Part shown: piece by piece, positions 41,234-50,314 of the stretch
Position numbering within the stretch: position 1 is the stretch's first letter
Layout: each line of letters starts with the position of its first letter
Assembly (NCBI GenBank): GCA_040386535.1
Contig: JAZKFH010000019.1
Span: 290,186 to 354,185 of the forward strand
Direction: 5' to 3'
DNA: 64,000 nucleotides
Source of the DNA: Myxococcota bacterium
GTDB taxonomy: Bacteria; Myxococcota_A; UBA796; SXON01
Notes under the pieces: generated by a model
Seen by the model: the letters and a program-made list of their open reading frames with translations, nothing else
The model's database searches: none
What the model was told of the DNA's origin: nothing
Position numbers and translations under genes: made by a program

Positions 41234-42280
41234 GTGTCCGTGCTCTCCCTGCTGCTCGCCTGCACGTCCGAGGCTCCCGACGCGGTGCTCGCCTACGTTC
41301 GTGACGAGGACGGTGCCGGCTACACCGTCGCGCCCCGCGCCCTCCCCGAGCTCACCGACCCACGCACGATGTCGGGCACCCTCGGGGACGTGCGGCACGG
41401 TGGGCGGATCGTGGGGACCGGGACGGCCGAGCGCTACACCGGCGGTCGCGCGCTGGCCGTCCGCTTCGTCGAAAAGGACGGCGTGGCCGTGCCCTTGGAT
41501 CAGGACGGGCTGCTCGTCTACAGCTTCTACGGGCACCTCGCGGACGCGGTGAACGAGCTGGACGCCCACGGTGTCGACACCAGCCCGATCTTCCCCATCG
41601 ATCTCGCGTGGAACCCGGCGGTCTCGCCGCTCCTCGAGCTCTCCCCGGCCGACAACGCCGCGTACGCCATCGGGGCGAACCTGTTCCTGCTGCTGCCGGA
41701 CGGCGACAATCGCGACGTGCCGCTGCTCGCCAACGCGGGCGTGGTCACGCACGAGCTCGGGCACGCCCTCTTGCACCTCCTCATGGTCGGGGACCCGCTG
41801 ATCGACCCGATCGTGACCGACGCCACGACCCTCCCGGGGATGTGGCAGGCGTCTCTGCACGAGGGCTTCGCCGACTCGCTCGCGGTCCTCCTGCTGGACG
41901 ACGCGCGGTTCCTCGACGCCTCGATCGAGATGCCCGCCCGCGAGGTCGACGCGGACGCGGCCCTGACCACCGCGCTGCTCCCCAACCCGTTGGCGCTCGA
42001 GGGATCGCTGCTGCCGGTGTACGACCCCTACCCGCTGGGGACCGTGTTCGCCTCCGTAGTCTGGGACATCCGCCTCGCGACGGACGACCCGGGCGCGACG
42101 CTCGACCTGCTCTTGCGCGGGGTGCGCGCGTGGGCCCCCGAGGACGAGGACGACATCGAGGGCGGCGCCTTCCTGGGCGCGCTCGTGGGCGCCGCGGATC
42201 CCGGGCTCCAGTACGACGCGGCCTGCGCCGCGATCGACGCGCGCATCGGCGATCTGCTGGTCGTCGACGGGTGCCCCTGA
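41234..42280 (+). CDS. Lipoprotein zinc metallopeptidase (gluzincin, M4/M36-like)
   Basis: LLLAC lipobox; DNAAY, VVTHELGH, LHEGFAD, ASVVWDI. Confidence 0.8.
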   Translation: MSVLSLLLACTSEAPDAVLAYVRDEDGAGYTVAPRALPELTDPRTMSGTLGDVRHGGRIVGTGTAERYTGGRALAVRFVEKDGVAVPLDQDGLLVYSFYGHLADAVNELDAHGVDTSPIFPIDLAWNPAVSPLLELSPADNAAYAIGANLFLLLPDGDNRDVPLLANAGVVTHELGHALLHLLMVGDPLIDPIVTDATTLPGMWQASLHEGFADSLAVLLLDDARFLDASIEMPAREVDADAALTTALLPNPLALEGSLLPVYDPYPLGTVFASVVWDIRLATDDPGATLDLLLRGVRAWAPEDEDDIEGGAFLGALVGAADPGLQYDAACAAIDARIGDLLVVDGCP

Positions 42281-42813
42281 TGGAGGCGGCCGACCCTCCT
42301 GGGGTCTTGGCGATCGAGCTGGTCGCCGGCGAGGCGCTCGTCCGCCAGTCGTCCGGGCGCCACCGTGCGCAGGGTGTGCTGGGAGTGAGCGTCGCGGTGC
42401 CGGTGCGGAGCGTCTGGGGCGTCGCGATCGAGGCGGTCGGCACGTACGGGGCGGAGCGCTCCGCAGAGATCGCGGTCGACCAGTTCCTCGTGCGGCCCGC
42501 GCTCCTCGCCACCGCGACCTTCGCGCGCGAGCCCGAGATGGTGGCCCACGTGCGGCGCCGAGGGCGCTTCGTGGCCGTGTCGCCCTACCTCGCGCTCGAC
42601 GTGGGCCTCGGCCCCGCGGTGTCGCTCACGTGGGCGCGGTGGGACACGCCCGACGTCGGCACCGTCACGGTGATCGAGCCCGGCGCGCGCGGGCGCGTCG
42701 CCCTCGCGTTCGGGGTGGGGGACCACCTGCGCGTGCGGCTGCAGGGCGGGATGGCCTGGCGCCTCTCGGGCGTCGACCACGACTACCAGCTGGGGGCCGC
42801 GTGGGCGTTCTGA
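42280..42813 (+). CDS. Hypothetical outer-membrane beta-barrel-like protein
   Basis: Amphipathic strands; C-terminal YQLGAAWAF resembles a BamA beta-signal; no clear signal peptide. Confidence 0.55.
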   Translation: MEAADPPGVLAIELVAGEALVRQSSGRHRAQGVLGVSVAVPVRSVWGVAIEAVGTYGAERSAEIAVDQFLVRPALLATATFAREPEMVAHVRRRGRFVAVSPYLALDVGLGPAVSLTWARWDTPDVGTVTVIEPGARGRVALAFGVGDHLRVRLQGGMAWRLSGVDHDYQLGAAWAF

Positions 42814-42821
42814 CGCGGTGC

Positions 42822-43517
42822 GTGGGCTTCCTCCTGGCCCTCGTGGTGATGGGGGCCCTCGGCGCCTGCACCCACATGAGCACCGTCACCGGCGCGGTCC
42901 CGCTCGACCCCGGCACGAGCGAGTTCACCGGCGAGCTCCAGGTGAGCCGCGAGCCGAACCTCGTGTCCACGACGACCGGCATCCCGTTGCCCTCGATCGC
43001 GGCGCACTACCGCCGCGGCTTGTCGCGCGACCTCGACCTCGGCATCCACATCTACCCGCTCGGGTTCGGCGCGGACCTGCGCTACCGCTTCCTCGAGGTG
43101 GACGGCTGGCACTTTGCCGTCGCGCCCGGCTTCACCGGCATCGGCCTGCCGATCCCGTCGCTCCAGTACGCGCACCTCGACCTGTTCCTGCCCGTGCGGG
43201 CCGAGCACGCGATCGGCAAGGGCTGGAGCGTCGCGGGCGGGCCGGGCCTCGTGTCCCGCCAGACCTTCTTGAACCTGGAATCCGAGGCGTTGTCCGTGGC
43301 GACCGCCACCTTCGAGGTCTACGCGGGCGGCGGTCTCAGATTGCAACGCACGGGGAAGCGCCTGAAGCTCGGCGTCTCCGTTGACGTTTACGTGGACACG
43401 ACCCGAGCCACGGGCCTGTATGGTGGGCTCGGGTTCGACCTGGGCACGGTCGCTCGTCCACGTGCCAGGGCGGCTTCCGACGAGATAGAGACGCGGGCGC
43501 AAGCGGAGACTGAATGA
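42822..43517 (+). CDS. Hypothetical lipoprotein with beta-barrel-like body
   Basis: LGAC lipobox, TVTGAVPLDPG, YRRGLSRDLDLG; similar to 34919-35581; start approximate. Confidence 0.65.
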   Translation: MGFLLALVVMGALGACTHMSTVTGAVPLDPGTSEFTGELQVSREPNLVSTTTGIPLPSIAAHYRRGLSRDLDLGIHIYPLGFGADLRYRFLEVDGWHFAVAPGFTGIGLPIPSLQYAHLDLFLPVRAEHAIGKGWSVAGGPGLVSRQTFLNLESEALSVATATFEVYAGGGLRLQRTGKRLKLGVSVDVYVDTTRATGLYGGLGFDLGTVARPRARAASDEIETRAQAETE

Positions 43518-44125
43518 CCTTGATCCTCGCGCTGTTCCTTTCCACCGGCTCGGCCTCGGCCGTCGACGTGGGCGCTGCCGAACACGTCCGCCTCTCCGGC
43601 GACATCGAGCAGCTCGCCAGCCGCCAGCTGTGGACCGGCGTGGAGAAGAAATTCGCCGAGCTCGAGAAGCTCGGGATCGAGATGTCGTACGACGATCTGC
43701 TCCACGGAGCGCAGGCCGCGCGCGCCCTCGGCAACGCGCAGAACGCCTACGATCGCCTGAAGCTCGCGGCCCGCATCAAGGGCACGCGCGAGGTGGTCGA
43801 CTGGCTCTACACGATCGACGCGAACTACGGCCAGGTCATCCTGCTCGCCACCCCGCCCCGCGGCGTCACGCTCGAGGCCACCGAGGTGCCGTTCGACCCC
43901 GACCAGCGCATCTGTGTCGACGCCGCCGCCGAGCGCGTGAAGAAGGAGGGCGGCTTCAGCGGCCTGCTCCCACGCGGCACCTACACGTTCGCGGGCCAGC
44001 AGTTCCCCGTCGAGCCGGGCATCGCCCTGCGCATCGAGGTGAGCCCGAGGATGAAGAAGACCGAGGGCGAGCTCATCAAGGTGACCAGCACGCAGACCGA
44101 GGGCGCCGCCGCCCCGACCCCCTGA
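43514..44125 (+). CDS. Hypothetical exported protein
   Basis: ATGA overlap; signal peptide; helical then beta region. Confidence 0.7.
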   Translation: MTLILALFLSTGSASAVDVGAAEHVRLSGDIEQLASRQLWTGVEKKFAELEKLGIEMSYDDLLHGAQAARALGNAQNAYDRLKLAARIKGTREVVDWLYTIDANYGQVILLATPPRGVTLEATEVPFDPDQRICVDAAAERVKKEGGFSGLLPRGTYTFAGQQFPVEPGIALRIEVSPRMKKTEGELIKVTSTQTEGAAAPTP

Positions 44126-44138
44126 GCGAGGCGCCGTC

Positions 44139-44375
44139 GTGCTTCGCGTCGTGATCGATGAAAAATTGTGCATTGGTTCCTCAAACTGCATGGAAGAGGC
44201 GCCGGAGGCGTATGAGGTAGACGAGCGCGGCATCGCCGTGCTCGTACGCGTCGCAACCTCTTCCGAGCCCGGCTCCAGCCAGGCTTCGGACGAGGCGCTC
44301 CTCCGGGGAGCGCGTGCCTGCCCGGTCGACGCCATCTGCCTCTTCGACAGCGCCGGTCGGCGCGTCCACCCCTGA
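44139..44375 (+). CDS. Ferredoxin, probably [3Fe-4S]
   Basis: CIGSSNC...CPVDAI (second Cys position replaced by Ser). Confidence 0.85.
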   Translation: MLRVVIDEKLCIGSSNCMEEAPEAYEVDERGIAVLVRVATSSEPGSSQASDEALLRGARACPVDAICLFDSAGRRVHP

Positions 44376-44388
44376 CTCGAGGCCCCCC

Positions 44389-45102
44389 ATGCTTCTCACC
44401 GCCCTCCTCGCGCTCGCCCAGCCCGCCGCCGCCCTCGACGTGAAGTGGTGGGGCATCGGCCCCACCGTGGGGACCATGGCCATCCCGGGGAAGTACCCCT
44501 TCGCGTTCCCCGACAACGCCAAGGACATCGACAACACGCCGCTCGTCGAGAAGATCAACGGGGACATCTCGTTCGGCGCCCGTGGCGTGCTCTACCCCGC
44601 CGCGCGGAGCCGCCTCGGCGCCCGCGCCCTCGTCGGGCTCGGCCTCGGCCAGTCCTGGTCCTCCGGGCAGTTCACGGTCGAATACGACGGCGCCCTGGTC
44701 AACGAGGACGGCTTCCAGCTCCTCGCGGGCGCCGGCATCGGCGCGGGCTTCGAACGTTTCGGCGGCACCTCCGACGCGCCCGACGGCTACCTGCTCGCCA
44801 ACTACTTTCCGGTGCGCGCCCAGCTCTCCGCGCTGCTCCGCGACCGCACGCGCGCCTACGAGCTGAGCTTGTACGGCACGTGGCACATCGTGGCCGACCA
44901 GACCTACCACGCGGTCAAGGGCGACGAGGGCATCACCGGCGCCGAGAGCGACGCGCTGGTGCCCGGCGCGTTGTACGGCGGCTTCGGCATCGAGGCGACC
45001 GTGTTCTTCGGCGACTTCCGCAGCAAGGGCGGTGGTGGTGGTGGTGGTGGCGGCGGTGGTGGTGGTGGTGGCGGTGGTGGTGGTGGTGGCGGACGCGGCT
45101 GA
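44389..45102 (+). CDS. Exported beta-barrel-like protein with 22-Gly C-terminal tail
   Basis: Signal MLLTALLALAQPAAA; amphipathic strands; poly-Gly. Confidence 0.7.
   Translation: MLLTALLALAQPAAALDVKWWGIGPTVGTMAIPGKYPFAFPDNAKDIDNTPLVEKINGDISFGARGVLYPAARSRLGARALVGLGLGQSWSSGQFTVEYDGALVNEDGFQLLAGAGIGAGFERFGGTSDAPDGYLLANYFPVRAQLSALLRDRTRAYELSLYGTWHIVADQTYHAVKGDEGITGAESDALVPGALYGGFGIEATVFFGDFRSKGGGGGGGGGGGGGGGGGGGGGGRG
45028..45093 (+). repeat. (GGT/GGC)n trinucleotide tract, 22 Gly codons
   Basis: Seen directly; mostly GGT, unusual for a genome that favours GGC. Confidence 0.9.
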
Positions 45103-46050
45103 TCAGCCGGCGTCGCCGCGCGTGACCCCGAGGCGGGCCGCCAGCGCGGCGGCGTCGAACGGTGCGTGCACCTTCGCGTCGTTGTCGAAGTAGACGAACA
45201 CGTCCCTCCCGCCCGGCGCGCGCGGGGGTGGCTCGGGTGACACGCGCCGGGCGTCGTCGGGCTCGGTGCCCGCGCGCCACGCGCCGAACCGCGCGGCCCA
45301 ACGATCGAGAGCCTCCTCGGTGTAGCCGCTCGTGTAGAGCTCCTTGTCGCCGTGGAGCCGCGCGTAGACGAAGTCGGCGGTCACGTCCTCCATCGTGGGC
45401 CAGCGCCCGGCGGCATCGGCGACGACGAGCGCGACGTTGGCGCCCCGGAGCTGCGCGATGAACGCAGGGTCCGCGAAGCTCGGGTGGCGGACCTCCAGGG
45501 CGTGGCGCATCGGGCGGGCGCCGTCCACCTCGAGGAAGCTGCGGCCCTCCACGCGTTCGTCGTGCTCGGCGCCCAGGAGCGCGGCGGCGGCGTGATCGTG
45601 GGGGAGCAGGGCCAGGAAGGAGCCGACGCGCTCGGCGTCGTAGCGGAACCAGGGCGGGAGCTGCCAGAGGATCGGCCCGAGCTTCTCCGCGAGCGCGAGC
45701 ACCCCGGACGCGAGGAAGTTGGCGAGCGGCACCCGCACGTCGTCGAGGCGGCGGAAGTGGGTGAGGTAGCGGCTCCCCTTCACCGAGAACCTGAAGTCTG
45801 GCGGCGTAACCTCGCGCCAGGACTGGAAGTCCTGGGGGTGCTGCAAGCCGTAGAACGTGCCGTTGATCTCGATGGAGCCGACCCACCGGCTCGCGTAGGC
45901 CAGCTCCGCACGTTGGGGCAGCCCCGCCGGGTAGAAGGTGCCGCGCCAGGGCGCGTAGGTCCACCCCGAGATGCCCACGCGCAGCTCCGGGCCCGGGGGA
46001 AGCTCGACGGGTGCAGGCAGCTCGATCGGGCGGGTCCGGACGTCCGACAT
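45103..46050 (-). CDS. DUF72 domain protein
   Basis: VGISGWTY, IEINGTFY, FSVKGSRYLTH, ILWQLPP, ALEVRHPSF, YARLHG, FVYFDND. Confidence 0.92.
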   Translation of the reverse strand: MSDVRTRPIELPAPVELPPGPELRVGISGWTYAPWRGTFYPAGLPQRAELAYASRWVGSIEINGTFYGLQHPQDFQSWREVTPPDFRFSVKGSRYLTHFRRLDDVRVPLANFLASGVLALAEKLGPILWQLPPWFRYDAERVGSFLALLPHDHAAAALLGAEHDERVEGRSFLEVDGARPMRHALEVRHPSFADPAFIAQLRGANVALVVADAAGRWPTMEDVTADFVYARLHGDKELYTSGYTEEALDRWAARFGAWRAGTEPDDARRVSPEPPPRAPGGRDVFVYFDNDAKVHAPFDAAALAARLGVTRGDAG

Positions 46051-46186
46051 CTGCGGAGGGTAGGGCGAATCGGTGCCGCACCAAGGGGGAGGGAGCGCAC
46101 CGGGCGTGGTCGGGGGCGGGCGTCCTCGACCGCACCCGAGGCACCGCGCCCTCCGTCGGTCGCCCAGACATCCTCGCCCCGAGACC

Positions 46187-47002
46187 CTACTTGTTCGGCG
46201 GCTGACACCCCGGGCACCAGTACGTGCTCCGCCCGCCCTGGACCATTCGTGCGATGGGCGTGCCGCACACGGGGCACGGCTGGCCCTCGCGCCGGTAGAT
46301 GGGGAAGGGGTTCGAAGAGCGGTCCTCCTCGACGTAGACGATCTCGTCGGCGCCGTCGAAGAGCGCGAGCGTGGCGGCGAGCTGCTCGCGCACCGCGCCG
46401 GGGAGGCGGGCCCGCTGGGCGTCGGTGAGCGCGTCACACGGGGTGCCGGGGTGGATGTGCGCGCGCCACAGCGCCTCCATGACCTGCACGTTGCCGAGGC
46501 CGGCGACCAGCGACTGGTCCATCAGCGCGATCTTGACGGCGCGCGCGCCACGGAGGGCGGGGAGGGGATCGTTCCAGGCGTCCGGGCCGAGCCCTTCTCG
46601 GAGGAGCCGCTGGCCGGCCTCCCAGCGGGTGGGGACGACGCCGCCGAGCAGCCGGGGATCGCAGAAGTAGAGCGCGCTGCCGTCGTCGAGATCGAGGCGC
46701 ACCTTCACGTAGCGGTTGGGGGTGTGGGCCCACTTGCCGGTCATGCCGAGGTGCAGGAGCAGGGCGCCCTCGCCGAAGCGCCAGAGCAGGCGCTTGCCGT
46801 GGCGGAGCACCTCGCCGGGCGGCGCAGCGGTCACGACGGCGCGGAGCTCGGCGGCGCCGTCGGGGTGGCCCGCGGAGGGGCGGTCGCCGCGGTTGACGCG
46901 GACGGAGCGCGGATCCGGTACGTCGACCCCGACGACACGACGCCCGGCCGACCAGCGGACGAGCGTTCGTCGGCAGAACTCGACCTCGGGAAGCTCGGGC
47001 AT
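46187..47002 (-). CDS. mutM: Fpg/Nei-family DNA glycosylase
   Basis: MPELPEVE, RHGKRL, LHLGMTG, DPRLLG, AGLGN, zinc finger CPVC..CPGCQ. Confidence 0.9.
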   Translation of the reverse strand: MPELPEVEFCRRTLVRWSAGRRVVGVDVPDPRSVRVNRGDRPSAGHPDGAAELRAVVTAAPPGEVLRHGKRLLWRFGEGALLLHLGMTGKWAHTPNRYVKVRLDLDDGSALYFCDPRLLGGVVPTRWEAGQRLLREGLGPDAWNDPLPALRGARAVKIALMDQSLVAGLGNVQVMEALWRAHIHPGTPCDALTDAQRARLPGAVREQLAATLALFDGADEIVYVEEDRSSNPFPIYRREGQPCPVCGTPIARMVQGGRSTYWCPGCQPPNK

Positions 47003-47064
47003 GTCTCTCTCGGTGCTGGTTCACGGGGAGGTCGGGTGTTATCGTGCGCGGCCGCGGAGGTCGC

Positions 47065-47274
47065 ATGCACTCTGAATCGTTCCTGTACCAGTTCGTGCTC
47101 GTGCCGCTCGGCATCTTCGGCACCGCGAGCGTCTGCCTGGCCTTCGCGTTCCTGCTCCCGGGCGTGGGCAACGCGCTCGCCGCGATCTGGACCTTCGTGA
47201 CGCTCGACTGGTTCTACCAGCGCCACCAGGATCAGAAGGCCGCCGCGTCGGACACGACCACCAAGGGCAGCTGA
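47065..47274 (+). CDS. Small membrane protein
   Basis: GGAGG SD; hydrophobic 69-aa ORF. Confidence 0.6.
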   Translation: MHSESFLYQFVLVPLGIFGTASVCLAFAFLLPGVGNALAAIWTFVTLDWFYQRHQDQKAAASDTTTKGS

Positions 47275-47276
47275 TC

Positions 47277-47663
47277 ATGTCCGACGTGCTCGCCCCGCCG
47301 CCCGGGAAGGTCCAGGCCATCGGGGTGATGCACCTGATCGGCGGGATCTTCAACTTGATAGGCGCGCTCACCTGGACCATGTTCGGCCTCTCCTGGGGCC
47401 TGGCGACGTTCGGGCTCGGGCTCGTGTTCTGCTGCCCGGTGTTCGTCCTCATCCCGGTCGGGATCCTGGAGATCATCAGCGGCGCCAAGCACCTCTCCAG
47501 CAACCACGCGGGCCTCCAGCCCCCGAAGTCCATCGCCATCGTCGAGATCTGCTGCATCCTGATGTGCAGCACGTTCTCGATGATCTTCGGGATCCTCACG
47601 CTCGTGTTCCTGAGCGACCCGGAAGTGAAGGCCTACTACGAGTCCAAGCAGCTCACGGGCTGA
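47277..47663 (+). CDS. Small Cys-containing membrane protein
   Basis: Several TMs, CC pairs, C-terminal FLSDPEVKAYY. Confidence 0.7.
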   Translation: MSDVLAPPPGKVQAIGVMHLIGGIFNLIGALTWTMFGLSWGLATFGLGLVFCCPVFVLIPVGILEIISGAKHLSSNHAGLQPPKSIAIVEICCILMCSTFSMIFGILTLVFLSDPEVKAYYESKQLTG

Positions 47664-47692
47664 TCGGACGGTTGGCTGATCGGACGGTTGGC
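47658..47692. repeat. Perfect 16-bp tandem duplication spanning a stop codon
   Basis: GGCTGATCGGACGGTT x2 plus GGC. Confidence 0.8.
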
Positions 47693-47709
47693 GCTCTCGC
47701 CCTGTGCGG

Positions 47710-49050
47710 TCAGGGCGTCCCGGCGGCGGCGAGCGTGATGGTCACGCCCGTCGCGCCCGGCTTGAGCGGCGGGCTGACGCCCAGCAGATCGTCGGGCGAC
47801 TTGGTGACCGGATCGCCGTCCCGGTCGATGCGCGCGGTGATGACGACCTGCTCGGGGGTCGGCATGCCCTTGATCATCGCGTCGTTCGGGCCGAGCGTGA
47901 AGGACCACGGGAAGCTCTGCACGGGCACACGCTTCACCCACGTGGGCGGGCCGCCGGTCACGCCGGGGGCGCGCGCCGAGAGGAACAAGACGTCGCCGGG
48001 CTTCGCCTTCCCGGCCACGCTCGCGTCGAGCGTGATGGTGCCGGTGACGTCGTTCGGGGGGCCCGCGTCGTTGCCGGGGGCCGATCCCGCCGCGCTTGTG
48101 GAGGATGCGGTCTGAGTGGGGACCGACGCGGACGGGCCGGTGCCCGACTTTGCCGCCTCGATGAGCGGCCCCACGGAGGGCGCGAGGGTCGGATCCGCCG
48201 CGACCGCGCGCTCCAGGAACGTGATGGCCTGGGCGCTCTGGCCGGCCTGGAAGTACAGGGCGCCGCGGTAGGCGAGCGCCTCGGCGAAGTCGGGCGCGCC
48301 GGCGAGCACCTTGTCGAGGGCGGTCGCGGCGGTCCCCGCGTCCCCGATGGCGATGAGCACGATCGCCTGGTGGGTGCGCGCCTCGGGATCCTCGGCGTGG
48401 AGCGCCACGACCGCTTCGGCCTGCTGGTACGAGTCCATCAGCTTGCCGGCGTGGAGCAGCGCGTGGCCGAACAGGTTGCGGGCGGCGATGTCGGCGGGCG
48501 CGGCGTCGACCGCGAGCTTGAGCCGCGCGAGCTCGGCCTCCTGGGCGGCGCTCAGGGCGGGGGCGCCCGTTTCCGGCGCTCCGGAGCCGCCGGGGTTGTT
48601 GTTCCCGGTCATGGTGCCGCCCTCGGGCCGGGGGGCGGCGAACTCCTGGAGCGTGAACGCGAGGCCGGCGAGAAACAACATGGCCCCGCCGCCCCACACG
48701 AACCCCACGAGCTTGGGGTTGCGCGCGCCCCAGCCCGTGGCGGTGGGGGCGACCGGAGCAGGCGCGGGCTCGCCGATGGCGTCGAGGTCGCGGAGGACCC
48801 GCGCGGCTTCGAGCTCGAGGCGGCCGCGCTCGGCGACCCACTCCGGGCCGCTCGTGGGGGTGCGGGCGGCGTTGTGCTCGCGCAGGAGCCCGTAGAGGGC
48901 GTCCTTCTGGCGCTCGAGCTCGTCGCGGCGGGTGCGCTCGACGGCCGGGAGGGCGGCGCCGCGGCGGCTCCACGCCACCACGATGGTGCCGAGGAACAGG
49001 GCGGCGACGAGCACGATGACGCCGGGCGTCCAGTCGGTCGGGGGGGTCAA
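47710..49050 (-). CDS. ccmI: Cytochrome c maturation TPR protein CcmI/CycH-like
   Basis: Two TMs, TPRs, C-terminal VLFLSAR..FPWSFTL..ITARIDRDGD domain; last gene of ccm operon; TTG start. Confidence 0.8.
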   Translation of the reverse strand: MTPPTDWTPGVIVLVAALFLGTIVVAWSRRGAALPAVERTRRDELERQKDALYGLLREHNAARTPTSGPEWVAERGRLELEAARVLRDLDAIGEPAPAPVAPTATGWGARNPKLVGFVWGGGAMLFLAGLAFTLQEFAAPRPEGGTMTGNNNPGGSGAPETGAPALSAAQEAELARLKLAVDAAPADIAARNLFGHALLHAGKLMDSYQQAEAVVALHAEDPEARTHQAIVLIAIGDAGTAATALDKVLAGAPDFAEALAYRGALYFQAGQSAQAITFLERAVAADPTLAPSVGPLIEAAKSGTGPSASVPTQTASSTSAAGSAPGNDAGPPNDVTGTITLDASVAGKAKPGDVLFLSARAPGVTGGPPTWVKRVPVQSFPWSFTLGPNDAMIKGMPTPEQVVITARIDRDGDPVTKSPDDLLGVSPPLKPGATGVTITLAAAGTP

Positions 49051-49651
49051 CGGGACTCCTCGCGGACGCGCCGCAGGTACTCGGCGAGGGCCGGATCGTC
49101 GGGGGGTGGGGCGCCAGGAGTCGAGGTGGTGGGCGCCCCGGAGGTGGGGGTGGACGGTGCCAGCGAGGACGCCTTGCGACGGCCCGCGGCGAGCACGGAC
49201 CACAGGATCCAGCCGCCGCCGCCGAGCAATAGGAGCACCGGCGCGGCCCACACCAGCACGTTCACGCCCTCGAACTTCGGCTCGAGGCGGATGAACTCGC
49301 CGTAGCTCGCCTCGAAGTAGAGGAGGATCTGCTCCTCGTCGTAGCCCTGCCCGACGAGGTCCTGGACCTCGGCGAACATCGCGAGCGCGCTCTCGGAGCG
49401 GCTGTCCGCCACGGAGAGGCCCTGGCACACCGGGCAGCGCATGAGCTTGGCGATGGCGTGGGTCTTCTCGCGGAGGGCGGGGCCGGTCACCGGGGGGCCG
49501 GCGGGTGCCCCGATGAGGTCGGAGGGGTCGATCGCGACTTCCGAGGGGGCGGGCGACATGGCTGGCGCCTCGACCACGACGGGCGGGTCGGGTGCCACGA
49601 TGCCGGTGGGCGCTGGCTCCTGGGCGAGGAGCGCGCCGACGAGGAGGAGCA

Positions 49652-49655
<4 letters not shown>
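49047..49655 (-). CDS. ccmH: Cytochrome c-type biogenesis protein CcmH
   Basis: LMRCPVCQGLSVADS, YGEFIRLEP, WAAP. Confidence 0.93.

Positions 49656-50313
<658 letters not shown>

Positions 50314-50314
<1 letters not shown>

Noticed and set aside
47658..47692. Short direct repeats as a possible CRISPR array or IS target-site duplication
   Set aside because: Only two adjacent copies, no spacers, and no cas, transposase or integrase gene in the window
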